A DNA stretch of 47,179 nt from Malacoraja senta (taxonomy: Eukaryota), in assembly GCA_038087875.1 (NCBI GenBank), contig JAXLNO010000036.1, positions 62,001-109,179 of the forward strand, in the 5' to 3' direction. Position 1 is the first letter of the stretch, and every line of letters starts with the position of its first letter. The translations under genes and the position numbers were made by a program. Shown here piece after piece: positions 11,591-25,559 of this stretch. The notes under the pieces are model-generated. The model did not search any database, had not been told where the DNA came from, and saw only the letters and a program-made list of their open reading frames with translations.

Positions 11591-13294
11591 CATTAACACA
11601 GCACGACTGCACTACTCTTTCCTTGTGTGACCGAGCTGCAGGGAGAGGTGAGGAATTTATTCCCTGGAGCGAAGGAGACTGAGGGGTGATGATATGAAGG
11701 TGTATAAAATCATGAGTGGAATAGATAGGCTGAATGCAGTCCATTTTCCCCAGGATTGAGAATCAAAAGGCAGATCTCATAGGTTTAATGTGAGAACAGC
11801 AAGATTTACAAGGAACCTGAAGGGAAGACTTGACACAAATAGAGAATGTTGGGTACATGGTTTGAACATTGATAAGATCATTCACTTCTGACATCACATA
11901 TGTTTTCTGCCTGGACGGATGTTATCTGAGTCTTCTGACTATACTATGTTTTCCTGCTGTATTGCAGATGCACGGTGATTAATACGGTCCACGATAAGGT
12001 ATCAGGCGTTTTACTGGGTTCGTCCTCCTGTCCCCACTTCGCACCTTGTCTTCGCATTTGTTCACCCCCATTCAACACCTTCTCTTGTATATCAATACTG
12101 TATGTGTTACATGGACAATCATAGTAGCCATCATGGTACGAGTATCCCTCTCTGGTCATAGTTGGTACTTATGTCAGATCATTAGTTTAGCTGAGGTTAG
12201 GCTTGGTTAATATTGTCAGATATTTCGAGGTACAGTGAAAAGCGTGGCATTGCACGTTATCCATTCAGTTCAGATATGCCATATACAGATGCATAGAAAC
12301 ATAGAAAATAGGTGCAGGAGTAGGCCATTCGGCCCTTCGAGCCAGCACTACCATTCAAGATGATCATGGCTGATCATCCAAAATCCGTTACCCGTTCCGC
12401 CTTTTCCACATATCCCTTGATTCCCTCAGCCGTAAGAGCTAAATCTAATTCTCTCTTAAACTACAACCAGTTAAAGCCCTGCAGATGGAGCGAGGAGGAA
12501 GATACAGAATGTCGAATATATTTAATTACAGAAGATCATGCTGAATATTGTTGGTTATTTCCATCAACCCCTGAATTGTCCGTGTATTTGTGAGAATGAA
12601 CAAAATTTACTCAAGCCACTTTGCATCAATCCGTTCTCCGTAGAACTGGACAAGTGCAGTTGGATAATTTGAGTTTTGTAAAATCACAAAGCAACACATT
12701 TTTTGCAAAAATATTATTTAAGTTTGCAGAAGGTCTCGTCTGGAGCAGTGGATGATGCAATGAGACATCGCCCTGGGATCGCGATGTTGTAAACAATTAA
12801 GAGGAGAGGCGTTCAAATATCAGCTTCAGTTTTAAGTTTATTGTTGCATGTCCCGAGCTAAAGTAAAAAGCTTTGTTTTGCGTGCAATGCAGACACACTA
12901 GATATACCATATATATACAGTAATAGTTACAACTCGAGCAGGGGGTATACGGTTTTACACAGAGAATGAGTTGACATATGAGGTAGTTGCGGCATATATT
13001 AGGGCATCTTTCAAAGACAGCTGGACTGCTGCATGGATAGGAATGATTTAGAGTGATGTGGGCGAGATGCGGGAAGGGGTGACTAGTGTAGATGGGCACA
13101 TTGGTCGGCATGTGCAAGCTGGGTAGAAAATCCCATTACCATGTTGTAGGATTCGATAATTCTATGAAAATAGATGGAGCAACGTGGAAGATGCAAAACA
13201 TAGTTGGCAGCATTGGTGTGTATTTTCCTGCATCAGTTACTTAGACAATTTTAAATATCCGCAATGCGGTAGAAGCGAATTGAGCAGTACCCTA

Positions 13295-13727
13295 GTCTAC
13301 GGGCATGCATACTCTGGAATTTAGAAGCGTGAGAGGGCATCTTATTGAAACATATAAGACGATTAAGGGTTTGGACACGAGAGAGGCAGGAAACGTGTTC
13401 CCGATGTTGGGGGACGCCTGAACCAGAGGCCATAGTTTAAGAATAAGTGGTAAGGAATTTAGATGGGAGATGAGGAAACATTTTTTTCACTCAGAGTATT
13501 GCGAGCCTGTGGAATTCTCTGCCTCAGAGGGCGGTGGAGGCCGGTTCTCTGGATACTTTCAAGTAAGAACTTAATAAGGCAATGAAAGATAGCGGAATCA
13601 GGGGATATGGGAAGAAGGCAGGAACGGGACACTGATTGTGGATGATCAGCCATGATCACATTGACTGGCGGTGCTGGCTCGAAGGGCCGAATGGATTACT
13701 CCTGCACCTATTGTCTATTGTCTATTG
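13295..13727 (+). mobile_element. CR1 3' end with (TCTATTG)n tail
   Basis: atactctggaatttagaag...gggtttggacacg...accagaggccatagtttaagaata...cagccatgatcacattga..ggcggtgctggctcgaagggcc, then ctattgtctattgtctattg. Confidence 0.85.
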
Positions 13728-15916
13728 TACCTTTTGATATAAATTTCGGCCAGTACTCGATGTAAAGGAGATATAGTAGCGGACTGAAAATGATTTATTT
13801 TAGGGTCCGGTGTTACTTTGGATGAGGTGTCACCTATCCTCACTGACTGAGGATCGTTGGTGCTAAAATCGAGCATTCAGCGGTAGAGGCGGAGAAGATA
13901 CCTCGGTCCCGGCGTTTGGAGATAATAGCCACTCCATCCCCTATCACATACAGGTACACACTGCTGAACGCATCATTTACAGCGCGAGGCTGTTCCTATT
14001 TTCCACATTAAACAGGATCTGACGCAGGACTCATATTAATCCACAGCTGGTCACGTTAGCCGTCATTACACCATTGTCTACAAACACACGTGCTCCAGCC
14101 CTATTTGAACGGAATGAGTTATCATCACTAATGTTTGGGCAACATGGTACGGGAGGTTCAGATATATTTGCGAGCATAAATTGCTTCTCATCTCAATTCA
14201 CTCCATGGTAAACACCTACTTTGAAACTTGTATCCTCACGTCATCACCCATCTAGCGATTGTGTAATGCTTTCAATATCTATCCTGTCAGCCCTCGCAGA
14301 ATCCGACATTTACAGTGTTAATATATTTACTTGTCGTTCTTCCAAACTGCACAGCGTAGATGATCTGATCAATTGTTGCTCCTTTGGCAGTTCCGTCATC
14401 CGTGGGATAAATCTTAACCAGACTCTGCATCGTATTGTAGGTACCGCCTTACTTGAAAGATATATAGTGTCAGGGCATAATGTTCTGCTGATCAAGTGCT
14501 AGTAAATGGGAATTAGTAAATGGATAGCACAGGTGTAGATAGGTGTTTGGCCTGTGTCTCTACTGTGAGACTAAATGACTCTCGGACCAGTGTATACACG
14601 TTTCTTCATTTGTAGTATCACCGTCAGTCGTTAGAGCAGGACTTCGCTACACTAGCCTTGTATGGGCCGAGCTCTTGGTAGGGATGAGGACTTTATTCAT
14701 TGGACCACAGGAAGCTGAATGTTGCTTATAAAGGTATATACGGGGAATAGATCGAGAGAATGCACAGTCTTTTCTACAGAATGGGGAATCAAAAAACAGA
14801 GATCATGGGTATATGGTGAGAGGAGCAAGATTTACAAGGAACCTGACGGGAAGACTCTACACTCAGACAGCGATACATGTACGGAACGAGCTATCAGATG
14901 CGGTCGTTGAGATATGTTGAGTCGATGCTGGCATTTCTAGTCACTACGTTTGGAAATCTAGCTGCCATCTGGACAGTAGCAAGAGGTAAATAGGTGACCA
15001 TCTTTCGTTATTTGAGTTGAGCAATAAATGTTCGGCAGCAACTGATTCTGCTTCAATGTTCAGGTGCCCTGATGCGCCAGTTTGCACTCTAATGCGGAGT
15101 GCGGCATTCTTGTATTTGGTGAAACGACACCATATCGTGCAGTTACTTCCACAGCACCGGGGATTTGATCAGGTCATCCATTTATAACATTAGATGTCCC
15201 TCCTCTCTCCACGATGTCTTCAGAGTGATCTGAGTATTTCCTGTTTTCCTCTTGCATGCGTAGATGCCCGACAATTACTGCGGACTACAATACAGCAGCA
15301 GCGTTTTACTGTGTTACTCCTCCTGCCCCAGTCTTCACTTTCTCTTCGCATTTGTCCAACAGTTTGTTTGTGCTTAACAACCATTCATCAGGTCTCTTGA
15401 ATATCAATGTCATCTATGAATCTGAATCGCCATCACAGTACGATCATTCCAGCTCTGATCATACCTTCTGAACCTTCTGAATTTGTAGTCGGCAGGGCAG
15501 TACTCTGCATATCGTCCACTTGATATTTGGTATTTGGTACATATTTGGTTCTTACCTCTGATCATTGGGTTTGGTTAGGTTAGGCTAGGAATGTTACTGT
15601 CACAAGTACGGAGGCACAGTGAAAAGCTGTGTTGCCTCCTATCCACTCAGATCAGACATACAATACATAGACACAATCAGTTGAAACGAAGTCATTAGAT
15701 CGAGCAACAGGAATAATAGAGGCAGCATATAGTTCATGGTATAGAATATCATCCTGAATATGATTATTTGTTTAAATCAAACTTTAAATTGTCCGTATAT
15801 TTTAATAATGAATAACATTTGCTTGAGCTGCATCGCATAATTCCGTTCTTCGTGGAACTCGATATGTGCAATCGGAAAATTCACGTTCTTCAAAAACACA
15901 AATAAAAAATGTGCAC

Positions 15917-16613
15917 TGTTGTCGGAGACGTTGAGAATCAAAAGGAAGATGAGTAAGTTGTAGTTTGTTTAACCTTGCAGCTCGCATACTGGGGAGCATG
16001 ATTGGAGCGTTGCTAAGATAGAATGTAGTTAAATTAGCTAAAGTTGAAACATTCTGCTGAGAAGCAGGCTTCCTTATCAGTAGGGGGAGGATCGTCTTTT
16101 GTAGTCCTGTCCACAGTAGGTTCATATCTGTTGCAATCTTGCGTTACAGCTACCTTTGATTACTGTGCTTAGCAGGCACGTGTCCAAAAGGTTCACAAAC
16201 GATCTCCTTTACGAGGGGACTCCATTTGTCGAGAAGAATCTGGACATTTATGATATCTACATGTTAGATACATGGGAAGGTGATTTCTAAACAACAAGAA
16301 ACCCAAGATTAAAGTTAACTTTGTGGAAACGCAAAGATGAAAGGTTACAGAGACATTGATTAATGATGTTGAATTTCAACTCCACAAGTAACCATTGTGT
16401 CATGAGGGTAGAAGAATCCTACAGTTACCGTGGGATTTTGAAGCAGCTTGAGCTTCCTCACACTGTTTCGCGATGTACATCGCTGAGGCCTGTATTAAAT
16501 CGACTTGTTCGGTTCACTAGCCACTTATCTATGAGCTGTTTTAATTTTTTTCTGTGCCTATCTGAGTAAAGTGAGATATAGTGTACGGGTAAAGCACAAA
16601 ATCCCCTCCTACA
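15917..16613. mobile_element. Probable solo LTR (697 bp)
   Basis: Starts TGTTGTCGG, ends CTCCTACA, flanked by TGCAC/TGTAC (5-bp TSD, one mismatch). It interrupts a module that is continuous in the paralogues at 12570-12800 and 28800-29040. Confidence 0.65.
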
Positions 16614-17199
16614 TGTACAACACATGTTATTAAACTGTGCCGAGGTGCGCAGGTGGAGCGAAGGATGATGTAGTCCATCGATAAACCATGAGACAACCCG
16701 CTGGATTTGTGGTGTTGTACACAATTACGATGTGAGACGCATGGAGTTTTAGCTTTTGGGTTATGTTCATTATTGTCACATGTACCGAAGAACATTAAAC
16801 CCTTTGTTTTTCATGCTATCCAGACTGGTCAGATGTACCATAAATAGATACAGAGGCGAGGACAGAGGGTGCTGGGTCTATGTATTCACACAGGGGTGGT
16901 GGGAATATAGATTTGCACAGACGGTGTTGGGTACATAGAATGAGCTGCCAAAGGACGTCGCTAAGGCAGAAGCTATGACAATATTTAAAACACATTGGAC
17001 AGGTGCATGGATAGAAAGGTTTAGAGTGATTTTTGCCAAACTCTGTAAGTGGGGTAGCGTAGATGGGGCACATTAGTCGGCATGGGCGAGCTGGGTTGAA
17101 GGAGGTGTCCCCTTACTGTGTGACTCCATGACAATAGGTAGATATACAGAGTACAGAATGAGGTTCTCAGATTTGTAGCTTCTCGTGGACCATCATTTT

Positions 17200-18135
17200 T
17201 TTAAACAAAGTCCAATGTGTACACTGGGGAAATACGAATCGAACAGTATCCTCGCATATGGAGGGATCGGGCAGAAGCCCGATAACGATGGAAAATAAGC
17301 CATTCCGCTGTGATGTGCGCTTTCAACCTTCGGTACCTTCTGGCAGATAAGAGAACAGGCAAGAAGACCTGACCCAATTTAGACATCTTTGATGATGTTG
17401 GGTATTTTTTTCCCCCGAAGAAGCGTGAAGTATAGATGGAGACAATGGTGTGACGTCAGGTCTGCATGATGGATTGGGCTACATTTACAACTCTCTCCAA
17501 ATTCTCCCGGTCTTGTCAGATCTGTACCCAAACCACAATGTAATCCAACCCGACAATATGATTTCTATGCTCCATCTCTAGAAGTTTTATAAGAATCACT
17601 GTAGACATGTTAATTGTCCCCGTCTCATGATGAAGTAGAGATGATGGTGTACCTTCGTTGGTTACGCATCATTGTGATTGCTCCAAGACATATCGTTGGA
17701 TGATGTGACACATGGAACTTGAGCTCTTAGCCATTCCGTGCCGTTGATGCAGATTGGGGCAACTACTCTACACTGCTTCCAGAACTCCAAAACTATCTCC
17801 TTCGTCTTGAAAGAGGGGCCATTGTCATGACAACATGTCAATAAGCTCACTATCACCTTCATGTACTCGGTCCCGCCATTGCCCATCATTCGACCATTCA
17901 CGATGATGTCTTCTGCAAACTCATAGGTACAATTAGAGCAGAATATGGCCATACGTTCGCGAGTGTAAAGGTGACATAGTGGCGAACTTGGAACGGATCC
18001 TTGCGGTGCTCCAGTCTTCGAAGTTATTGTTGAAGAGGTGTCACTTATCCTTATTAATTGTGGGCTGTGGGAGCTAAAATTGAGCATCCGGTGATAGAAC
18101 GGGGAGGTGATCCCTCGGTCCAGGAGTTTGGAATA
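17200..18135 (-). mobile_element. Degraded Rex1/Babar-like LINE RT remnant
   Basis: ORF 17662-18141 has SKLLD.GI, TGAPQGSV.S.PL..LYT, EFAED (FADD-like) and KTKE.V..F; further degenerate 3' sequence runs to ~17200. Confidence 0.75.
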
Positions 18136-20239
18136 TATCATCTTCCAACCTGCACAGAGTGGAGGATCTCCTCAATTGTTGTTCCTTTGACAGCCTCTTC
18201 CACCGCAGATAAATATTGACTCCATCTCTGCACCGAAAGTAAATGGTTGCGCCGGAAAATATGACAAACTTTCAAAGACAATTAGACTGCCTCATGAATA
18301 GGAACGATGTAGAGTAATGTGGCCGAAAGGTGGGTGCGAGTGACTGGTGCAGAAGGGGCACATTGGTCGGCCTGGGCAAGATGGGTTGAAAGTCCCGTTA
18401 CCATGCCGTAGGACTCGATGACTCTATAACAATAGATAGACCAATGTGGAAGATACAGAGTGCACAATATAGTTCGCAGGATTGCAGTGCATCAGCTACT
18501 GAGAAAATGTCTTATATCCGCAATGGGGGAGAAGCGAATTGAAGAGTACACTAGCCCAAGGAGGGACAGTTTAGAAGCCTGTTAACGGAGGGAAATGAGT
18601 TATTCCTTAATCCGGTGGTGCTCACTTTCAAACTTCTGTACGTTGTGCGGGACTTCAGTTGGGAAAGAAGAACTGACCGCTCTGGACAGGTCTGATTACG
18701 TTCGGTGTTTTTTTTTTAGGCAGCGTAAAGTGTAGATGGAGTCAATGGTGGGACGTCTGGTGTGTGTGTGATGGATTGGGCTGCGTTAATAACACTGCAA
18801 TTCCTCGAGGTCTTGGCAGACTTGTTCCCAATCAATCTCTGATGGAACTCGACAATATGCTATCCACGGTACATCCCGAGAAGCTTGTAATAGTCACTGG
18901 AGACATGTCAAACTTACACCGTCTCCTCATGAAGTAGAGGCATTGATGTGCCTTCTTGGATGTTGCATCGATGTTCTTCTTACCAACTGCACAATGTAGC
19001 GGATCTGGTCAATCGTCCGTCGTTTCACAGCTACTTGATTCGAGTAATAAATCTGGACTTCTGATTCTACACCGCTTGAAAAATATCACCTTCGTTAAAA
19101 GAGATAGGGCCAAGGCTTAATACTCTGTGGACCAAGTGCTAGTAGATGTGATTCTGTAATTGGATAGCATTTACACAGAGAGTTACTGGGCCTGTTTCTT
19201 TGTTGTATGACGATGACTCTTGGTCCAGTCTCAGCACGTTTCTCCACATGTGGTATCACCTTCAGTAGCTATAGCAGGACCGTTCTACTCTTTCATTGTG
19301 TGTCCGAGCTGTAGGGAGAGGTGAGGACTTTATTCCTTGGAGCGAAGGAAGTTGCGTGGTGGGAATATCAAGGTGTTTACAACCATGAGAGGAAAAGGTA
19401 GGATGAATGCAGTCTTTTACCCATGATGGTGAATCAATAATCAGATCTCATATGTTTAAGGTGAGAGGGGCAGGATTTTCTCGGAACCTGAAGAGATGAC
19501 TTGACGCAAAGAGGGTGCTGGGAACATGCTACCAACTTTGATAAGATCATGCGCTTCTGACATTACATATCATTCCTTCCTGGACGGATGCCATCAGAGT
19601 CTTCTGAGTATATTATGTTTTACTCCAGCATTGCAGAGGCCCGTTAATTAAATATGGCCCGCGATACAGTATCAGTTGTTTGACAATGATCTGTTCACCT
19701 TGGCTTCGCATTTGTCCAACAGTTCATTTGTGGTTGACCCCATTCAACACCTCTTTTATAACAATACTGTTTGTGTTACATTAACAATCTTCGTCGTCAT
19801 CATAGTATGAACATCTCTCTCTGATCATTGTTGCTACTTATGTCAGCTCATTAGGTTAGGTGAGGTGAGGTTGGGCTCGGTTTAATATCGTCACATGTTC
19901 TAAGGTATAGTGAAAAGCGTGTCCATTTAGTTAAGATATGCCATACATAGATACAATCAGTCCTGCAGATGGGACGAAGAGGTAGATACTGAATTCAGTA
20001 TATAGTTCATTACATTGAATATCACGTTGAATATTGTTGGTTATTTCCACCAACCCCTGAATTGTCCGTTATGAGAATGAACAACATTTTCTCAAGCCAC
20101 ATTGCATAATTTCGTTCTCCGTAGAAATGCATAAGGGCAGTAGGAGAATTCGAGTTCTGTGAAAACACAAAGCAAATAATTTGTGCTACAATATTATTTA
20201 AGCACGCAGAAGTACATATCTGGAACCTAGATACATTGG

Positions 20240-21385
20240 TACATATATATATATATATATAGACAATGGGTGCTGGAGTAGGACCTTCGAGCCATCACCG
20301 ACATTCAATGTGATCATGGCTGATCATCCACAATCAGTACCCCGTTCCTGCCTTCTCCCCATAACCCTTCATTCCATTAGACTACAGAGCTCTATCTAAA
20401 TTTATTTTGAATGCATTCAGTGAATCGGCGTCCACTGCCTTCTGAGTCAGAGAATTCCACAAATTCACAACTCTCTTTCTGTACAAGTTTTACATCATCT
20501 CAGTTCTAAATGGCCTACACCTTGTTCTTAAACTGCGGGCCCCTGTTTCTGGACTCCCCCAACATCGGGGACATGTTTCCTGTATATAGCGTGTCCAATC
20601 ACTTAATAATGTTATATGTATCAAGAAAACCCCCTCTCATCCTTCTAAATTCCAGTGTATACAAACCCAGTCGCTCCATGCTTTCATCATATGCCAGACC
20701 CGCCATCCCGGGAATTGACCTCGTGAACCTAACAAGAATCCCATCAATAGCAAGAATGTCCATCCTCAAATGAGAAGACCAAAACTGCACACAATACTCG
20801 ACGTGTGGTTTCACCAGATCCCTGTACAACTGCAGAAGGAGCTCTTTGCTCCGATACACAACTCCTCTCGTTATGAAGGCAACATGCCATTAGCTTTCTT
20901 GATTGCCTCTTGTACCTGCATGCTTACTTTAAGTGACAGATGTACAAGGACGCACAGGTCTCGTTGTACTTCCCCTTTTCCACACCTGATACCATTCAGA
21001 TAATAAGCTGCCTCCCCGTTCTTACCACCTGTTGATAACCCCACATGTATCCACATTATACAGCATCTGCAATGCATCTGCCCACTCACCCAACCTGTCC
21101 AAACCGGCCTGCATCCCCATAGCATCCTCTACACTGTTCACACTTCCATCCAGCTTTGTGTCATCTGCAATTCTTCTTTTAATTCCTTCATCTAAATTAT
21201 TAATATATATTGTAATTAGCTGCGGTCCAATGTCAATATCAATATCCATGTCAATACCCAACCCCTATATCATGTGCTATAATTTTAGCCGCTAATCTCT
21301 CGTGTGGGACCTTAACAAATGCTTCCGGAAAGTCCAGGTACACTACATCCACTGACTCTCACTTGTCCATTTTACTTGTTGCATC
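20240..21385 (-). mobile_element. Degraded CR1 RT/3' fragment
   Basis: ORFs 21022-21261 (GPQL.TIYIN.LDEGI...ADDTKL), 20871-21125 and 20599-20859. It splits module F between 20230 and 21385. Confidence 0.9.
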
Positions 21386-22316
21386 CCCAAAATGGATGAT
21401 GCAATGCTTCTGCAACCTATGAGACATTCCGCTTGTTTCCTGGTGTTGTAAACAATGCAGTTGACAGGCGCTTTAGGTTTTAGCTTCAGGTTTAGGGATA
21501 TTATTGGCACATGTACCGATGTACTGTGAAAAACATTGTTCTGCATGCTATCTAAAATACACTTGGCCAAACACACATCGGAAGTGACACGGGACAAAAA
21601 CGGCAGGTGGGACTTATGTGACCGGTGTATATTGATCGGCGTTGGCAGATTGGGCTGAAGGACCTGTTCCTGCGCCGTGTGACTCATGACAATAGAGAGA
21701 ATAAAGTGGAAAATAGAGAGAGCAGAATACATTTATCAGCATTGTAGCGCTATTTTATACATCAGTACCTCAGACAAAATTCAATGGCCAATGGGGTACA
21801 GGGGATTTAATCGTGCCCTGGGCTATGGAGGGACCGTTCATATGCCCGATAACGTAGGACATGAACCAATTCCTAAGTGTTGTGATGCGCGCTCACAAAC
21901 ATCTCTACCTTTTGCCGGATAGGTGTTGGGGAAAGAAAAAAACTGACCGGGATTTGCCAAATCTTTGATTTTGTTGGGTGTTTGGGTAATGTTATGCAGC
22001 GTGAAGTGCAGATGAAGACTATGATTGGTCTGGGCTCTGAGATGGACTGGGCTATATTTACAACCCTCTGCAATATCTCGCTGTCTTGGCATAATCGTCC
22101 CTACAACAAGCTATGATGCAACGTGACAATTAGCTTCTTACCATATTTTTGCAAGTGTAACGGGAGACGTGATCAATGTCTTGTTTATTTTCGTTTGTGT
22201 GCCTTCCTGTGTGTCGCATCAATGTGATTGCACCGCGTCAGTGGCAATATTGACAGGAACCTGAAGTAAATACATTACACTCCGACGGTGGTGGGTGTAT
22301 GGAACAAGCGAACTGA

Positions 22317-24530
22317 GGGGTTGTCTCGCGGTGCGAGTCCACCGACGAGTGATCCCGAGTGAAAGAAAAAATCACACTCGTGGTTGTCTACGAGATTCCA
22401 AGTTGATGTTCACGAGTTTAGACGAGTTCCCACGTGTATGTGTGAGTTTGCCGTTCTCTTCTCATTTCTGCGATGTACCAAGTTCCTCTCCCCAGTTACC
22501 AAGTTCCTCTCCCGAGTTACTCTTGAGCTAACCGTGTATGAAGGTCTCAAATAGAGGAGCTGGACAGCATCTCATACAGTAAGTATATTCTGATTCAGTA
22601 TTGAAAGTTATTCAATTTCAGAACTTAAAAAAACTAGGCAGGATCTCGGCCCCGCACTCGCTGCCATTGTGCAGCAAGGAGGCGGCGGCGGAGAAGCAAC
22701 AGTGTAAAACAAGACAGCTCCATCCTGCGGCTTTGAGTTAAAGATAGAATTCAGCGCGGCCGCATCTATTGACATGACCTCCAAAGGGAAAATGCGCATC
22801 GTCCATTGCCAGAGCGTTTCTCTCTGCTTCCTCTACGTGGGTATTCCCTCAGTATGGTCACTCAGTGGGAGAGGCAGCATATCCGGAGAGAAGGAATGGG
22901 TGATGGGATGACGTTTCCAAAATTCTGCTGCGTCTTTGTGTTACTCCAGCACTGTGTGTTCACTTTTGTCAACCAGCATCTGCCCTTTCTTGTGTTTGAC
23001 ATTATGTGTATCCGTGGCAGTTGATTGTCGCTCCCTTCAGTTTCCCAGGCGGTCTGGACGGGACTGGAGTTGGAGGGAAAGGTGGGGTGGGGGGGTTTGG
23101 GTGACTTAGTACGGGAGAGAAGTGTAGGAGAGGTGTACTGACTGTGTGGGCAGACACTTTGGTAGTGATTTCCCACCAGTCTCAAAAGCTGCTGTGTCAC
23201 CCTGTCCCTGGGAAAGCAGGGGGCGATCAAACAGCACAATACACCCCTCCCCCTCCCCGCCAACACGAAGGGCAACGATCCCAAAGCTTTAGCGTCAGAA
23301 ACAGCGGGCAGGCGACAATCACCCGCCATAACGCGAGAGAGATCATGCACTATTGTAGGTCTCCTTTACACGTCGGTGTTTCTGTCTTTCTCCATCTCAT
23401 TGTTGGCCCTGTCTGTCGCCACCCCCACCGCCACCCCTCTGCTTCCCGGCCATGCGTGTGACCCCTTCCCTCCCCTCTCCAGCTCCCCGCCCATTGCACC
23501 GGGCGCGGGGGTTTCGCACCGTCTTCACGTCGGCGACGCCAGCAGGTCAGTGCCAGTGGCCCGGGGCAGGTGCTCGGGGGCTCTCTCCCAGCGTGGCCCC
23601 GGACCGGAGTGGGGGGGAGATGGGAGTCAGCGGGCACGCCGGCTCTGCCACACCATGGGCCGTGCCGTCCAAGTTGGCGTCTCGGGGTAGTCCTATTTAG
23701 CTGCATGTGGCCCATAGCCCTCTAAACCATTCCCATCCATTTATCTGTCGTTAATAACCTCACGAAAATTCCTGCTTCATTTTCCTCGGTCCAACTCAGA
23801 GAGAAGTCTCCCCCCTTTCCAGGGTTAATCGCTCCACTGTTTATAATGCTCTCTGCATTATGCAGTCCAAGACAGTGAACCCCATGGGCAATCACTACCA
23901 AAGTGTCTGCCCATACAGCCAGTGCACTTGTCTCCCGTACTAAGTCACCTCAACCCCCCCTCCCCTCCATTCCCCTCCCCTCCCCTCCCACCCCATCATT
24001 TCCCTCCCAACTCCACTCCCGTCCCGACCCCCTGGGAAACTGAAGGGAACGACAATCAACTGCCACGGATGCAAATAATGTCATACACAAGAAAGGGCAG
24101 ATGCTGGTTGACAAAAGTGAACACACAGTGCTGGAGTAACACAAAGAGCAGCAGAAATTTGGAAACGTCATCCCGTCACCCATTCCTTCTCTCCAGAGAT
24201 GTTGCCTGCCCACTGAGTTAAAGAGTGCCCACGGTAGAATCACGAATCACTGCGGTAAACTCACGGGCTACTACGTTCTTACAACGAGTTTAAATGTTTC
24301 AAATTTTAACTTCAAGAGTGAATTTGACTCGTGGAAATCTTTAATCATGTTTAAAAATGTTCAAGAGTTAACAAGTTTCCCAGGTACCTGCCGTTAGCGC
24401 CACGAGTCGCTTAGTTGCGTCCACGAGTTCCGACGTTCCCGCTACGTTAATTGTACGTGATTACCACGAGTTTAATTTGTTTTAAACTCGGAGTCACTCG
24501 TGGATCGACTCGCACCGTGAGACAGGGGTT
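22317..24530. mobile_element. Non-autonomous TIR DNA transposon with internal inverted repeat
   Basis: Left end TGTCTCGCGGTGCGAGTC..ACGAGTGA.CCCGAGT; the reverse complement of the right end is TGTCTCACGGTGCGAGTC..ACGAGTGACTCCGAGT. Subterminal (C)ACGAGTT motif arrays; inserted in a CR1 tail. Superfamily not determined. Confidence 0.75.
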
Positions 24531-25559
24531 AGTTGAGAAGTGTTCTGCAGCAAGAATGTTTGGAAATATCGGTGCCAATTCACCAGTAGCAAGAAACAGA
24601 TAGGTAGTTGTTGAGCAATAAATGTTGAGCAGGAACTGATTCTGGAATAATATTCAGGTGCGCCCACGAGCAACACCGGTGTTTGCCGACATGTACTTTG
24701 AAAAATTAGACCACGCTCCATGCGTTTCATCCATATCGGAGTTTTGATGAGATCATTAACTTGTGACATTACACATTTCCCCTTTCACCGACGATGTCTT
24801 CTGTCATCTGAGTATATCATGTTCTCCTTTTGTATTTCAGCTGCCGGGGAATGACTACGCTCCGCAGTATATTATAAGCATGTTTATTGTGTTCTTACAC
24901 CTGTCCCCACACTTCACCTTCTCTTCGCATTTGCCCAACAGTCCATTTGTGGTTAACAGTCATTCATCACCTTCCCCTTTACATCATCACCGTCTGTGTC
25001 TCGTTTACAATCTCACTCAGCGTCATAGTGCGAACATTCCCGCTCTGATCAGAGTTATTTCTTATCTCACGTGTCATTTGGTCAGGTTAGATCTATTATT
25101 ATCACATGTACCGAGCTGCAGTGGAAAGAGTTGTTTTGCATGCTATTCACTTGGTTCAAATATCCCAGACACAAAAGCAATCAATGTAAAGCCAAGTGCA
25201 ATAGATCGGGTAAATGGGAAGATACAGAATGTAGAATATAGTTCGTGATACAGAATATCATGCTGAATGTGGTTCTTTATTTCCACCCAACCCCGATTTG
25301 TCCGGGTATTTGGAACAATGAACAATCGTTGCTCAAGCCACATTGCATAATTCAGGTCTACCGTTCTCCTAGGAGTTGCACCTTTGCATTTGGAGGACAA
25401 GAGATCTGTACAAACACAAAACCATCATTGAACCTGATGTAAAATTCGTGTTCAACCGTGCCGGGGTGCATAGCTTGAAATGTTAATGATGCAATGCTTC
25501 TATTAACTATGAGTCTTTGTTTGTGAAGCTGTAAACAATTAAGTTGCAAGGGGCATTAA

